From positions 128,001-192,000 of the forward strand of contig CAWGJT010000015.1 in the NCBI GenBank assembly GCA_963822965.1: 64,000 bases of DNA, written 5' to 3'. The DNA comes from an uncultured delta proteobacterium (GTDB lineage: Bacteria > Myxococcota_A > UBA9160 > UBA4427). The notes under the pieces are model-generated. The model saw only the letters and a list, made by a program, of their open reading frames with translations, was not told where the DNA came from and made no database searches. The position numbers were made by a program, and so were the translations under genes. Positions 41,275 through 53,826 of this stretch are shown here, piece after piece; position 1 is the first letter of the stretch, and each line of letters begins with the position of its first letter.

Positions 41275-42774
41275 ATGAACGCTTCGTCTCCCCCCGCCTC
41301 GCAGGCGGCCACGCGTGCCGGCGACTTCCCGATCGCCATCATCGGCGCGGGCTTCGCCGGCATCGGCACCGCCATCCAGCTCAAGAAGGCCGGCATCGAT
41401 TCGTTCACCATCTTCGAGCGGGCCGACGAGGTGGGCGGCACCTGGCGGGACAACACCTATCCCGGCGCGGCCTGCGACGTGCCCTCGCACGTCTACTCGT
41501 TCTCCTTCGAGCCCAACCCCGACTGGAGCCGCACCTTCGCGGAGGCCGCCGAGATCCAGGCCTACCTGCTGCGGGTGGTCGAGAAGTGGGACCTGCGGAA
41601 GCACATGCGCCTGGGCACCGAGATCGTGGAGGCGCGCTTCGACGAGGCCACCGGCAGCTGGAAGCTGCTCACCAGCGACGACGACACCGTCACGGCGCGC
41701 GTCGTGGTGGCGGGCGTGGGCGGCCTCGTCGACCCCGCGCTGCCGGACATCAAGGGCGTCCAGAGCTTCGGTGGAGAGATCTTCCACACGGCGCGCTGGA
41801 ACCACGACTTCGACATCACGGGCAAGAACGTGGCCGTCATCGGGACCGGGGCCAGCGCGGTGCAGGTGGTGCCCGGCATCGCCCCCCAGGTGGCGAAGCT
41901 CTCGGTCTTCCAGCGCACGGCCGCCTGGGTGATGCCCAAGCGCGACCACCGCTACGGCCCCGAGGCCCGCCGCCGTTTCGCTCGACACCCGCTGCTGCTG
42001 CGGCTCTCGCGCTTCGTCAAGTACTGGCTCAGCGAGCTGGTGGGGCCGATGGTCTTCCTCGACGCGCCGCGCCTCTCGCGGATCGCCGAGGCCGGATCCC
42101 GGGCCCACCTGCGGGCCTCGGTGAAGGACCCGGTGCTGCGGGAGAAGCTCACGCCCCACTTCCAGTTCGGCTGCAAGCGCATCCTGATCTCGGACGACTA
42201 CTGGTCGACCTTCGAACGGGACAACGTCGAGCTCGTCACCGAGCCCATCCAGGAGGTCGTGCGCGAGGGCATCGTCACGAAGGACGGCGCCCTGCACCCG
42301 GCCGACGCCATCGTCCTGGCCACGGGTTTCGCCCTGGGCCTGGCGAGCGCGCCCTTCCCGATCTACGGCCTGGGCGGCCACAGCCTCGACGACGTCTGGA
42401 GCGCCGGCGCCGTCGCCTACAAGGGCATGACCGTCGCCGGCTTCCCCAACTGGTTCATCCTGATGGGGCCGAACACCGGTCCCGGCCACACGTCGGTGCT
42501 CGTCTACACCGAGGCCCAGATCCACCACGCCCTGCAGGCGATCCAGCGGATCCGCCGCGACGGGCTGCGCTGGGTGGACGTCAAGCAGTCCGCCCAGGAC
42601 GACTACAACCGCCGCATCCAGAAGCGCATGAAGCACATGGTGTGGTCGTCGGGCTGCAACAGCTGGTACCTGTCCGACGACGGATCCAACCACTCCCTCT
42701 ATCCCGGCTTCGCGGCGGAGTACGTGGCCCGCGCGCGCAGCTTCCACCCCAGCGACTACGAGCGGGTGGCCTGA
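41275..42774 (+). CDS. Baeyer-Villiger type flavin-containing monooxygenase
   Basis: GAGFAG, GGTWRDNTYPGAACD, FHTARW (FxGxxxHxxxW), GTGASA, ATGF. Confidence 0.94.
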   Translation: MNASSPPASQAATRAGDFPIAIIGAGFAGIGTAIQLKKAGIDSFTIFERADEVGGTWRDNTYPGAACDVPSHVYSFSFEPNPDWSRTFAEAAEIQAYLLRVVEKWDLRKHMRLGTEIVEARFDEATGSWKLLTSDDDTVTARVVVAGVGGLVDPALPDIKGVQSFGGEIFHTARWNHDFDITGKNVAVIGTGASAVQVVPGIAPQVAKLSVFQRTAAWVMPKRDHRYGPEARRRFARHPLLLRLSRFVKYWLSELVGPMVFLDAPRLSRIAEAGSRAHLRASVKDPVLREKLTPHFQFGCKRILISDDYWSTFERDNVELVTEPIQEVVREGIVTKDGALHPADAIVLATGFALGLASAPFPIYGLGGHSLDDVWSAGAVAYKGMTVAGFPNWFILMGPNTGPGHTSVLVYTEAQIHHALQAIQRIRRDGLRWVDVKQSAQDDYNRRIQKRMKHMVWSSGCNSWYLSDDGSNHSLYPGFAAEYVARARSFHPSDYERVA

Positions 42775-42783
42775 GGAACGCGA

Positions 42784-43662
42784 TCAGCCGAAGTGGCCCG
42801 CCACCGTCGGGCATTCGCCCTTGGCGATGTTCTCGGCGCGCTGCACCAGCTGGTCCCGGGCGCCCTCCCGGCCGATCATGACGACGAAGTCGCCCGAACG
42901 GATGCCGTCGACGAGGTGCTTCGCGAGCTCGTCCAGGTCCTGGACGGGGAAATCGAAGCCCGCCGCCTTGGCGCCCTCGTAGAACTGCTCGAAGGTGGGC
43001 TCGGCGCCCGGAGCCACCGGCTTCTCGCGCGCGAGCTCCGGCGGTCGGTTGCGCTTGGTGGTCCAGATACCGGTCTTCAGCATGCCGCCCGAGGGATAGA
43101 AGAGCACGGCCCGCAGCTTCGGACCCTGGGCGACCAGCTGCGCGCCCAGACACTCGGTGATGATCGAGACGGCGGCCTTGCTGGACGCGTAGACCGACTG
43201 CTCGGCCAGGGGCGCGATGCCGCCGTCCCCGGACGACGTGTTCACGATGACGCCCTCCTCGCCGCCGGCGATCATGCGCGGCACGAAGGACTGGATGCCG
43301 TGGACGACGCCCATCACGTTCACCCCGTGGACCCACTTCCAGTCGTTGACCGTCGTCTCCCACACGTTGAGGCTCGGCACGCCCACGCCCGCGTTGTTGC
43401 ACAGTACGTGGCAGGCGCCGTGGCGCGAGTAGACGAAGTCCGCCAGGGCCTCCACCGACTCGGGCTTCGACACGTCCGTGCGGTGGCTCGTCACGTCGCC
43501 GCCGCCCGCGGACAGCTCCTTCGTCGTCGCCTCGAGGGCCGGCGCCTCGACGTCCGACAGCACGACCTTCATCCCCTCGGCGAGGAACGCGCGCGCCATG
43601 GCGCGTCCGATGCCGCTCGCGCCCCCGGTCACCACCGCCACCCGGCCTGCGAAGTCCTTCAT
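42784..43662 (-). CDS. SDR family oxidoreductase
   Basis: GGAGGAG SD; TGGASGIG, NNAG, YASSK. Confidence 0.92.
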   Translation of the reverse strand: MKDFAGRVAVVTGGASGIGRAMARAFLAEGMKVVLSDVEAPALEATTKELSAGGGDVTSHRTDVSKPESVEALADFVYSRHGACHVLCNNAGVGVPSLNVWETTVNDWKWVHGVNVMGVVHGIQSFVPRMIAGGEEGVIVNTSSGDGGIAPLAEQSVYASSKAAVSIITECLGAQLVAQGPKLRAVLFYPSGGMLKTGIWTTKRNRPPELAREKPVAPGAEPTFEQFYEGAKAAGFDFPVQDLDELAKHLVDGIRSGDFVVMIGREGARDQLVQRAENIAKGECPTVAGHFG

Positions 43663-43788
43663 GCTCTCCTCCTCCCCGCGCTCGGCGCGTCGGCCTCCTG
43701 GGAACGGATCCGGCGCCTGCGCGAAGTGCCTTGATAGCGCGGATCCCGTGCGCACGGCACGGCTGGGATTCCGGTGACTGAATCCGCC

Positions 43789-44739
43789 TCAGCTCCGCTC
43801 CGCGAGGAAGCGATCGAAGCGGTCCCAGAAGGCGGCCTGGATCTCGTCGCGCTCCTGGAGGATCTCGTGCATCGCCTCCGCCAGGGTCGTCAGGGTGAAG
43901 GCGGGGTTCATGGCCGCGAGCCGTGCGTGCAGGCGGGAGGAGACCACGAGATCGCGCCCGGCGCTGGCCAACAGGGTGGGCGTCCGAACGCGGGCGACCC
44001 GGCGCGGATCCATCACGAGCGACACGCTGCGGGCGGCCTCGCGCACCCAGCGCCAGGTGACGCCGTGGGTGACGAGCCCGGGCTCGTGGCGCCAGAAGGC
44101 CCGCGCCCGCAGGTAGCGGTCCGTGTCGGAGGTCACGCGGTTGTCGTTCGTCTCGAGATCCACGTCGCGCGCCCCCCAGGCGTACGCGCCGCCCAGACCC
44201 AGCCCGACGTGCAGGCTCGCGATCGCGTTCATGAGCCACGCGGGAAACTGGTCCCAGCCGATCATGGGTGCGGACAGGACGGCGCGATCGAAGCGACCGG
44301 GCTCGTCCTCCAGCAGGCGCAGGGCCACGTTGCCCCCCATGGAGTGCGCCATCAGCAGGCGGGGACCGGGCAGGTCCGGGGCGAGCCGGGCCTCGAAGAC
44401 GTGCATCGCGTCGGCGGCGAGATCCGCGAAGCTCGTCACGTAGCCGCGCTGCGCTTGTGGAAGCAGTCGCCCGGACAGCCCCTGGCCGCGCCAATCGAAC
44501 GTGACGACCGCGTGGCCGCGTGCCTGCAGGGCGGCCACCACCTCGTAGTACTTCTCGATGAACTCGGTGTAGCCGTGCAGCAGCAGCACCGCGCCCCGCA
44601 CCGGCACGCCCGACGCCGCCGGCCAGCGGGCCACGCGCAGCGGGATCCCGTCGGGCGCCTCGAGCAGCGACACCTCGCCGTGTGCGGGCACGACCGCCTG
44701 GGGCAGGGAGACGAGCTGGCTTCGGTGCGCGGCGGTCAC
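43789..44739 (-). CDS. Alpha/beta hydrolase (lysophospholipase PldB-like)
   Basis: HGYTEFIEKY, DWRGQGLS, AHSMGG, AMHEILQE. Start uncertain. Confidence 0.9.
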   Translation of the reverse strand: MTAAHRSQLVSLPQAVVPAHGEVSLLEAPDGIPLRVARWPAASGVPVRGAVLLLHGYTEFIEKYYEVVAALQARGHAVVTFDWRGQGLSGRLLPQAQRGYVTSFADLAADAMHVFEARLAPDLPGPRLLMAHSMGGNVALRLLEDEPGRFDRAVLSAPMIGWDQFPAWLMNAIASLHVGLGLGGAYAWGARDVDLETNDNRVTSDTDRYLRARAFWRHEPGLVTHGVTWRWVREAARSVSLVMDPRRVARVRTPTLLASAGRDLVVSSRLHARLAAMNPAFTLTTLAEAMHEILQERDEIQAAFWDRFDRFLAERS

Positions 44740-44901
44740 GGGGGCCTCGGGGCAGCTTCTGGAAGGCCGCAGGGTAGCCCCGGCGGGCGAGTCGGGCGTC
44801 GCCCGCCCGGGCAGAACGCGACCCCTCACGAGCCGGCAGCTTCAGGCTCGAGAGCGCGCGTACGAAGGCCGGAGTCGACCCGCTATACTCGTCGGTTACC
44901 C

Positions 44902-47900
44902 ATGACATTACAGGTCGCGCTCCACCACGAGACCCTCTATCGATACGACCGTCCGGTCCGGATGGGCCCCCAGACCATCCGGCTGCGGCCCGCGCCGCAC
45001 TGCCGCACCCCCGTGCTCTCCTACTCGCTGCGGGTGACGCCCGAGACGCACTTCATCAACTGGCAGCAGGATCCCCAGGGCAACTTCCTGGCGCGCGTCG
45101 TCTTTCCGGAGCCGACCCGCGAGTTCCGGGTGACGGTGGACCTCGTCGCCGAGATGGTGGTCATCAATCCGTTCGACTTCTTCCTGGAGGACAGCGCCCA
45201 ACACTTTCCGTTCGCCTACGAGCCGTGGCTCGCCGAGGAGCTCGACCCCTTCCTCGACGCGGAGACGCCGGGCCCGTTGCTCTCCGAGTGGCTGGCGGGG
45301 GTGTCCCACGAGCCCAAGCCCTCGGTCGACTTCCTGGTCGCGCTCAACCAGCGCCTGAGCGAGGAGGTCGACTACGTCATCCGCCTCGAGCCGGGCGTGC
45401 AGACGCCGGAAGAGACGCTGGCGCTCGGGCGCGGCTCGTGCCGGGACAGCGCCTGGCTGCTCGTCCAGATCCTGCGCAACCTGGGCATCGCGGCGCGCTT
45501 CGCGTCCGGCTACCTGATCCAGCTCAAGCCCGACGTGGAGAGCCTGGACGGACCCTCGGGCACCTCGGTCGACTTCACCGACCTGCACGCGTGGGCCGAG
45601 GCCTACCTGCCGGGTGCGGGCTGGGTGGGGCTCGACGCCACCTCGGGCCTGCTGGCGGGCGAGGGCCACCTGCCCCTGGCCTGCAGCCCCAAGCCCCAGT
45701 CGGCGGCGCCCATCGCCGGCGCCGTCGAGAAGTGCGAGGTCGCGTTCGAACACACCATGTCCGTCGAGCGCATCCGCGAATCCCCGCGCGTCACGAAGCC
45801 CTACACCGACGAGCAGTGGCAGGCGATCGACGCGGTCGGCGCGGAGGTGGACCGCCGGCTCGCCGAGGACGACGTGCGCCTCACCATGGGCGGCGAGCCG
45901 ACCTTCGTGTCCATCGACGACATGGAGGGTGCCGAATGGAACACCGCGGCCGTGGGTCCCACCAAGCGGGCCCTCGCCGACCGGCTGATCCACCGGCTGC
46001 GGAAGCGCTTCGCGACGGGCGGCCTGCTCCACTACGGACAGGGCAAGTGGTATCCCGGCGAGCCCCTGCCGCGCTGGGCGTTCTCGCTCTACTGGCGGGA
46101 GGACGGGGTGCCCCTGTGGTGGGAGCACGAACGCGTCGCCAGCGAGACGGAGGACTACCGGCCCACACCCGAACGAGCCGAGGCCTTCGCGCGCGAGCTG
46201 GCGACCCGGCTCGAGGTGGATCCCCGCTGCGTGATCCCCGCCTACGAGGACCCGCTCCCGACCCTGGAGAAGGAAGCGAAGCTGCCCGAGAACCTGGAGC
46301 CCGGCGATCCCCGCCTCGACGACCCCGAAGAGCGGGAACGGCTCGTCCGCATCCTGTCCCGGGGTCTGGGCGCGCCGGCGGGCTTCGTGCTGCCGGTGCA
46401 GGCGTGGAACGCGCGGGACGGCAAGCGGCGCTGGCACTCGGAGCGCTGGAGCTTCCGACGCGAGCACCTGTTCCTGGCGCCCGGCGACTCACCGGTGGGC
46501 TTCCGCCTGCCCCTGGGCTCCCTGCCCTACCTGTCGGACCTCGACTTTCCCCACGTCATCGAGCGCGACCCCACCCTGCCGCGCGCGCCGCTGGGAAGGC
46601 CCGCCCCCCAGCGCCAGCCCTACCTGGAGGGCGTGGTCGCCGCACGTCCGCCCCGGGCGAAGAAGCCGAAGGAGGTCGAGACCCGCGCCGTGCGGACGGC
46701 GGTGGCCGTCGAGCCGCGGGACGGGCGCCTGTGCGTCTTCGTGCCGCCCGTCGAGACCATGGACGACTACGTGGACCTCATCGCGGCCATCGAGGACACG
46801 GCGGCCGCCCTGGACACCCCCATCCACGTGGAGGGCTACACGCCGCCCCGCGACCCGCGAATGCGCGGCATTCAGGTGACGCCCGACCCGGGCGTCATCG
46901 AAGTGAACATCCACCCGGCGGCGAGCTGGAAGGAGCTCAGCGTCACCACCAACACGGTCTACGAAGAGGCGCGCCTCTCCCGACTCGGGACCGAGAAGTT
47001 CATGCTCGACGGCCGCCACACCGGGACGGGCGGCGGCAACCACTTCGTGCTGGGCGGCGCCACGCCCGCCGACAGCCCGTTCCTGCGCCGTCCCGACCTG
47101 CTGCGGAGCCTGGTGGCCTACTGGATCAACCACCCGTCGCTCTCGTACCTCTTCTCGGGGCTCTTCATCGGGCCGACGAGCCAGGCGCCGCGGGTCGACG
47201 AAGCGCGCCAGGACGCTCTCTACGAGCTCGAGATCGCGTTCCGGCAGATTCCCGAGCCCGGCGGCGACTGCCCGCCCTGGCTGGTGGACCGCATCCTGCG
47301 CAACCTGCTCGTGGACGTCACGGGCAACACCCACCGGGCGGAGTTCTGCATCGACAAGCTCTACTCGCCGGACGCGGCGAGCGGGCGCCAGGGCCTGGTG
47401 GAGCTGCGCGCGTTCGAGATGCCGCCGCATGCCCGCATGAGCCTGGCCCAGCAGCTGCTGCTGCGAGCTCTGGTGGCCCGCTTCTGGCGCGAGCCCTACC
47501 GCGCGCCGCTGGTGCGTTGGGGCACCGCGCTGCACGACCGATTCCTGCTGCCCCACTACGTGTGGAACGACTTCCGGGACGTGCTGGAGGAGCTGCGGCA
47601 GGCCGACTTCCCGTTCGAGGACGCCTGGTTCGGCCCGCACTTCGAGTTCCGATTCCCGCGCTACGGGTGCGTGCAGCACGGCGCCGTGGAGATCGAGCTG
47701 CGCCAGGCGCTGGAGCCCTGGCACGTGCTCGGCGAGGAGGGCGCCGTCGGCGGAACCGCGCGCTACGTCGACTCCTCCGTCGAGCGGCTCCAGGTGCGGG
47801 TGCAGGGGCTCTCGGCCGAGCGCTACCGGCTGGGGTGCAATGGGGTGCGCGTTCCCCTGCGGCCCACGGGCGCCGAGGGAGAATGGGTGGCGGGGGTCCG

Positions 47901-48195
47901 CTTCCGCGCCTGGCAGCCCGCGCGCTGCCTGCACCCGACGATCCCGGTGCAGGCGCCCCTCACCTTCGACCTGGTGGACACGTGGAGCGGGCGCGCCGTC
48001 GCCGGCTGCCGCTACCACGTCGCCCACCCGGGCGGTCGGAGCTACGAGACCTTCCCGGTCAACGCCTACGAAGCCGAGGGCCGCCGGCTGGCACGCTTCT
48101 TCCCCTTCGGACACACGCCGGGGCGGCTCCAGCTGCGGGAGCCGGCTGCGGCCGGGGATTTCCCGACCACGCTGGATCTGCGAGGCTCCGCGTAG
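44902..48195 (+). CDS. Transglutaminase-like + DUF2126 (putative amidoligase) multidomain protein
   Basis: N-terminal domain (H.T.Y.YDR, QQDP.GN); catalytic GSCRD / HAWAE / GLDAT; then [37 protein letters not shown]; 1097 aa. Confidence 0.94.
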   Translation: MTLQVALHHETLYRYDRPVRMGPQTIRLRPAPHCRTPVLSYSLRVTPETHFINWQQDPQGNFLARVVFPEPTREFRVTVDLVAEMVVINPFDFFLEDSAQHFPFAYEPWLAEELDPFLDAETPGPLLSEWLAGVSHEPKPSVDFLVALNQRLSEEVDYVIRLEPGVQTPEETLALGRGSCRDSAWLLVQILRNLGIAARFASGYLIQLKPDVESLDGPSGTSVDFTDLHAWAEAYLPGAGWVGLDATSGLLAGEGHLPLACSPKPQSAAPIAGAVEKCEVAFEHTMSVERIRESPRVTKPYTDEQWQAIDAVGAEVDRRLAEDDVRLTMGGEPTFVSIDDMEGAEWNTAAVGPTKRALADRLIHRLRKRFATGGLLHYGQGKWYPGEPLPRWAFSLYWREDGVPLWWEHERVASETEDYRPTPERAEAFARELATRLEVDPRCVIPAYEDPLPTLEKEAKLPENLEPGDPRLDDPEERERLVRILSRGLGAPAGFVLPVQAWNARDGKRRWHSERWSFRREHLFLAPGDSPVGFRLPLGSLPYLSDLDFPHVIERDPTLPRAPLGRPAPQRQPYLEGVVAARPPRAKKPKEVETRAVRTAVAVEPRDGRLCVFVPPVETMDDYVDLIAAIEDTAAALDTPIHVEGYTPPRDPRMRGIQVTPDPGVIEVNIHPAASWKELSVTTNTVYEEARLSRLGTEKFMLDGRHTGTGGGNHFVLGGATPADSPFLRRPDLLRSLVAYWINHPSLSYLFSGLFIGPTSQAPRVDEARQDALYELEIAFRQIPEPGGDCPPWLVDRILRNLLVDVTGNTHRAEFCIDKLYSPDAASGRQGLVELRAFEMPPHARMSLAQQLLLRALVARFWREPYRAPLVRWGTALHDRFLLPHYVWNDFRDVLEELRQADFPFEDAWFGPHFEFRFPRYGCVQHGAVEIELRQALEPWHVLGEEGAVGGTARYVDSSVERLQVRVQGLSAERYRLGCNGVRVPLRPTGAEGEWVAGVRFRAWQPARCLHPTIPVQAPLTFDLVDTWSGRAVAGCRYHVAHPGGRSYETFPVNAYEAEGRRLARFFPFGHTPGRLQLREPAAAGDFPTTLDLRGSA

Positions 48196-48298
48196 GTCCC
48201 GTAGACGCTAGGCTCCCCCTGAACGCCAAGGCCCCCTCCTCCCGCCCGCGGGCGGCGAGTGCAGAGCGACCGCAAGGTCCGCGAAAGGTTCCCGAAGC

Positions 48299-49150
48299 TT
48301 GAGTGAGCTGCTCGCGCTCTCGTTCGACGCGAACGCGTCGCCAAGCATCCGCTTCCACCGGTCGCGCCACGGGGGGAGCGAGGAGCACATCCCCACGCAG
48401 CCCCGCGTCTACGGCTGGGGTGTGGGCTGGTACCCCGGCAGCGAGCGCGGCGCCTCGGTGCTCAAGGATCCCACCGCCTCGGGCGAGAGCGGGGTGAGCG
48501 ACGTCATCGGGGACTGGGACCGGTTCCGCTCGACGCTCTTCCTGTGTCATCTCCGGGGCCACCGGCGCAAGCGCTCCCAGCAGGACGCCCAGCCCTTCGT
48601 GCGCAGCTACGGCGGGCACCAGTGGATCTTCGCCCACGACGGTGATCTCGAGCGCGGCTACGCCGAGCGCCTGCCCCTGGGCGACGACCCGTCCTTCGAG
48701 CCCCTGGGCAAGACCGACAGCGAGCACGCCTTCTGCTGGCTGCTGGCCCAGCTGCACGCCAGGCGCGCCCGCTCCCTGGGCGAGGTCGATCCGGAGGAGC
48801 TGCGGCGCTGGCTCGTGCAGATGAACGGCGCCGGACAGGTGAACCTGCTGCTCTCCGACGGCGACATGCTGGCCGTCTATCAGGACGCCGGGCTGCGGGG
48901 CTGCATCTACTGGACCCGCCGCATCCCGCCCCACCCCACCACGCACCTGGAGTCCGACGCCGTGCGCATCGACCTCGACGCGCCGGAGGATCCCAACCGC
49001 ACGGCGCTCGTGTTCTCGAGCGTGCCGCTCTCGCAGGACGTCTGGATGCCGCTCGCGGCGAAGCAGCTCGTGCTCGTACGCCGGGGCTCGGTGGTTTGGG
49101 ACAGCGACCCGCGCGACGACACCGACCACGCGATCCAGGCGCAGCCCCCC
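48299..49150 (+). CDS. Class II glutamine amidotransferase-like (Ntn hydrolase) domain; N-terminal part of a frameshifted fusion
   Basis: MSELLALSF, YGWGVGWY, HLRG, QPF, FAHDG, GKTDSEHAFC, NLLLSDG. No stop after the domain; the frame becomes non-coding-like after the C6 run at 49145-49150. Confidence 0.8.
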
Positions 49151-49214
49151 GGCCTCGGCGCGGAGCGAGGCTACCCACCAGGTCTCGGCCGCCGAGCCCC
49201 TGCGCTCGGAGCCC

Positions 49215-50117
49215 GTGGTCGACGTGACGCCGCCGCGCACGCTGCCCGAGGCCGAGCGCGTGCTCACGGTCACCCACCAGACGATCTACCAGTACCAGAC
49301 GCCGGTAGAGCGCAGCTCCCACCGCATCCTGATGCGTCCGGTCGAGGACGGCCGGCAGCGCCTGGAATCCTACGAGCTGCGTGTCGAGCCCCGGGGCACG
49401 CTGACCGAATACGAGGACGTGTTCGGAAACGCCGCCGTGGCCGTCGAGCTGAACGCCCCCTACAGCGAGCTGCGGGTGGAGAGCCGCGCCCGGGTTCGGA
49501 TCCGCGCACACGAGTCCATCGAGAGCCGCGCCCGGCGCGACACGATCCCCCTGGTGTGGATGCCCTGGCAGCGGCAGATGCTCTCCGCCTACCTGCTGCC
49601 CATGGAGCTGCCCGAGACCCAGCTGGAAGAGCTGTCGCAGTTCGCCATGAGCTTCGTCGAGCGCAACGACTTCGACCTCGTGGGCGCCCTCCTCGACATG
49701 AACGACACCCTCTACCGCGACTTCACCTACCTGTCGGGCTCGACGACCACGGCCACCACGCCCTGGAACGTCTTCGAGTCGCGGCGCGGGGTGTGCCAGG
49801 ACTTCGCGAACCTGATGATGTGCCTCGCGCGGCTGCTCAACGTGCCGGCCCGCTACCGCATGGGGTACATCTTCACGGGCGCGGACTACGAGAACAAGGT
49901 GCAGTCCGAGGCGTCCCACGCCTGGGTCGAGCTCTACGTGCCGCGCATCGGCTGGCACGGATTCGATCCCACCAACGGACGCCAGGTGAGCAGCGAGCAC
50001 ATCCGGGTGGCCTGCGGGCGCAACTACCGGGACGCCACGCCCACCAGCGGCACGATCTACCGCGGCGGCGGCACGGAGACGCTGACGGTGTCCGTGCGGG
50101 TCCAGGAAATCGACTAG
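49215..50117 (+). CDS. Transglutaminase-like protein; C-terminal part of the frameshifted fusion
   Basis: H.T.Y.Y, DVFGN, GVCQDFA, RYRMGY, SHAWVE, GFDPTN, GRNYRDATP; frame is open upstream through the C6 run; no clear SD. Confidence 0.88.
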   Translation: MVDVTPPRTLPEAERVLTVTHQTIYQYQTPVERSSHRILMRPVEDGRQRLESYELRVEPRGTLTEYEDVFGNAAVAVELNAPYSELRVESRARVRIRAHESIESRARRDTIPLVWMPWQRQMLSAYLLPMELPETQLEELSQFAMSFVERNDFDLVGALLDMNDTLYRDFTYLSGSTTTATTPWNVFESRRGVCQDFANLMMCLARLLNVPARYRMGYIFTGADYENKVQSEASHAWVELYVPRIGWHGFDPTNGRQVSSEHIRVACGRNYRDATPTSGTIYRGGGTETLTVSVRVQEID

Positions 50118-50129
50118 GAGCCTCCCTTT

Positions 50130-50170
50130 GCGGCGGAATCGCGACCCGAGACCTCGTTGGGTCGCGTTCC
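50130..50170. repeat. REP-like extragenic palindrome / possible bidirectional terminator
   Basis: GGAATCGCGACCC...GGGTCGCGTTCC hairpin between convergent genes; related to 63722-63764. Confidence 0.6.
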
Positions 50171-50191
50171 CAGGAAGTCGAGTCCCGAGCC

Positions 50192-51243
50192 TCAGTCCGG
50201 CAGGACGGACTGGGACTGGGACTGGGACGCGCCGCCGACCGCCGACTGCGTCTGGTCCTGTCCCGCAACAGCGCGCTGCTCCACGGGGCTCTTCGGGTCG
50301 AAGAAGTCGTCGTGAATGGCTCCGCCGATGCGCGCTGAGCTCTCGACGGTCCAGGTCGCCACCTCGTGGAGGCCCCGCTCGATCACGCTGTCGATCGTCA
50401 TCCCCCGCAGCGCTTCCAGGGTCTCCGAGACCAGGGCAAGCGACCGGTCCCCCACGGTCGTCGGCGCCGGCGGACGCACCAGGGTCAGGAAGTTGCGCGT
50501 GCGGTCGAGGTTGTGGAGCACCGAGCGCGGGAAGGCCGCGTCGAAGAGCAGGAAGTCCGCCACCGCAGGGCCGGAGAGGGGCTTGTCCTCGCGCTTCAGG
50601 AAGGGCTCGACCCCGGAGCAGAAGCGCAGGGTAGCGAGCCATTGGGCCGCGGCCGCGGCGGTCTCCTCGACTTCCTCCTCGACGCGACCCACGCTGTGGT
50701 ACTTGATGTCGAGCACCCGGGCCGTCTGGTCCACGCGCTCGAGGGCGGTGCCGAGGCGCATGAACTCGAACGGGTCCTCGTGCAGCATGGTGGCCTGGGC
50801 CACGCCGTGGAAGAGCAGGCACTGGTCGCGCAGGTGCACGTAGAAGGCGTGGCGGTCGGACTCGTAGCGCCGGCGGGTGGCGCGCTCTCCGATCCACACC
50901 CACAGATCGTTCAGGGTCTCCCACATCTCGAGGGAGATGGTCTCCCGGATGGTACGCGCGTTCTCCCGGGCCGAGCGCAGGGAGGAGTAGACCGAGCTGG
51001 GGTTGTCCTCGCTCCAGGTGAGATAGCGCTGCACCGTCTCCGGGTCGTCCACGTCGGCGGGCTTCGTCCGCTTCAGGAAGTCCGTTTCCTGGCCGTTCGC
51101 CACCACGAGCGGGCGCCAGCGCTCGGCGTCGGGAAGCGCCACGTCGAGCTGGAAGGCCAGGTTCACGTGCAGCATCCGGGCGAGCACCTCGACCCGCTCG
51201 ACGTATCGGTTCAGCCAGAAGCAGCTCTCGGCCACGCGCGAGA

Positions 51244-51247
<4 letters not shown>
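50192..51247 (-). CDS. Alpha-E domain protein (copy 2)
   Basis: [47 protein letters not shown] overlap with the ATP-grasp gene. Confidence 0.92.
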
Positions 51248-52713
<1,466 letters not shown>

Positions 52714-52808
52714 TGGGGTCAGCCATGGAGTCTAGCCCGCAATCCGGCGGCCTCACGGGGCTCCCGGCGGGCCCGCCCACCGCCATCATGCGCCGACTTC
52801 GGCACGCC

Positions 52809-53741
52809 TCACGTCGACTGATTGAACAGGCTCGGGAGAGCCGCGGCCGCCTCGTCGTGGCTCCGGATGACGGGCGGCTGCCGGCCGTCCACGTCCGTGA
52901 AGCCGTACTCGAGGGCGAGCTCTGCGCACGCGAAGGCGCGTCCGGACTTCTCCAGCCGCTTCTCGTCGCGAGCCAGCGCCGCCACCGCCCGACCCGTGAA
53001 GCGCGGGCTCTCCGAGATCGACAGATCGATGGCCTGCTCGGGCCCCGAATCGCCTTCGTGTCGCGGCAACACCATCTCGAGGCCGCCACGCCCGTTGTCC
53101 CGGCACTGGGAGAGGATGAGCTCGGTGCGCACGAGGCCGGGCCACAGGGAGACGACCGCGACGCCGAAGGGGCGCAGCTCGTACGCGAGATCCGAGGCGA
53201 GCTTGTCGAGCCCGGCCTTGGCGGTGCCGTAGGCCACGGAATGCAGGTACGACACCGCGCCCATGGAGGAGACGTTGGCAATGAGCCCGTCCCGCCGCTC
53301 CACCATCAGCGGAGCCGCCAGCACCGAGGCCACGTACGCCGAACGCAGGCCGACACGATGCACCTCGTCCCAGGCCGACAGCGGCTGCTGCCAGGCGAGC
53401 TTTCCGATGTGCCGCTCCATGTCCTGGGCCGAGCAGGCGTTGTTGACGAGGATGTCGAGACGGCCGCGCTCGCTGGCGATGCGGTCGAACACGCCGCGCA
53501 CCTGGTCGTCGTCGGCGTGGTCGCAGCGCACGGCGACGCCCTCGCCGCCCTGGGCCTTCACCTCGAGGGCGGTCTGGCCGACGGTGCCGCCCAGGGGATT
53601 CGCCTCCGGCGTCACCGTGCGACCGGTCACGTAGACCGTGGCGCCGAGAGAGCCCAGCTCCAGCGCCACCCCCTTGCCGATCCCCCGGCTCGCGCCGGTC
53701 ACCAGGGCCACGCGGCCCTCCAACGGTCTCGCTTCGGCCAT
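52809..53741 (-). CDS. SDR family oxidoreductase (DHRS1-like)
   Basis: TGASRGIG, VYVTGR, YGTAK, ESP.FTGRAV. Confidence 0.92.
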   Translation of the reverse strand: MAEARPLEGRVALVTGASRGIGKGVALELGSLGATVYVTGRTVTPEANPLGGTVGQTALEVKAQGGEGVAVRCDHADDDQVRGVFDRIASERGRLDILVNNACSAQDMERHIGKLAWQQPLSAWDEVHRVGLRSAYVASVLAAPLMVERRDGLIANVSSMGAVSYLHSVAYGTAKAGLDKLASDLAYELRPFGVAVVSLWPGLVRTELILSQCRDNGRGGLEMVLPRHEGDSGPEQAIDLSISESPRFTGRAVAALARDEKRLEKSGRAFACAELALEYGFTDVDGRQPPVIRSHDEAAAALPSLFNQST

Positions 53742-53826
53742 CTCGCTGCCCTCCCTCTTCTCTCCATCCCGCTTGGCGTCGCGCGCGCGCTCTCGGTGGC
53801 ACTCTCGTCGGCTGACTCGACGTCCG

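Noticed and set aside
48299..50338. 679-aa GATase protein as given in the ORF track
   Set aside because: Sequence after about residue 285 is non-coding-like and overlaps the transglutaminase and alpha-E genes; a frameshift explains it better.
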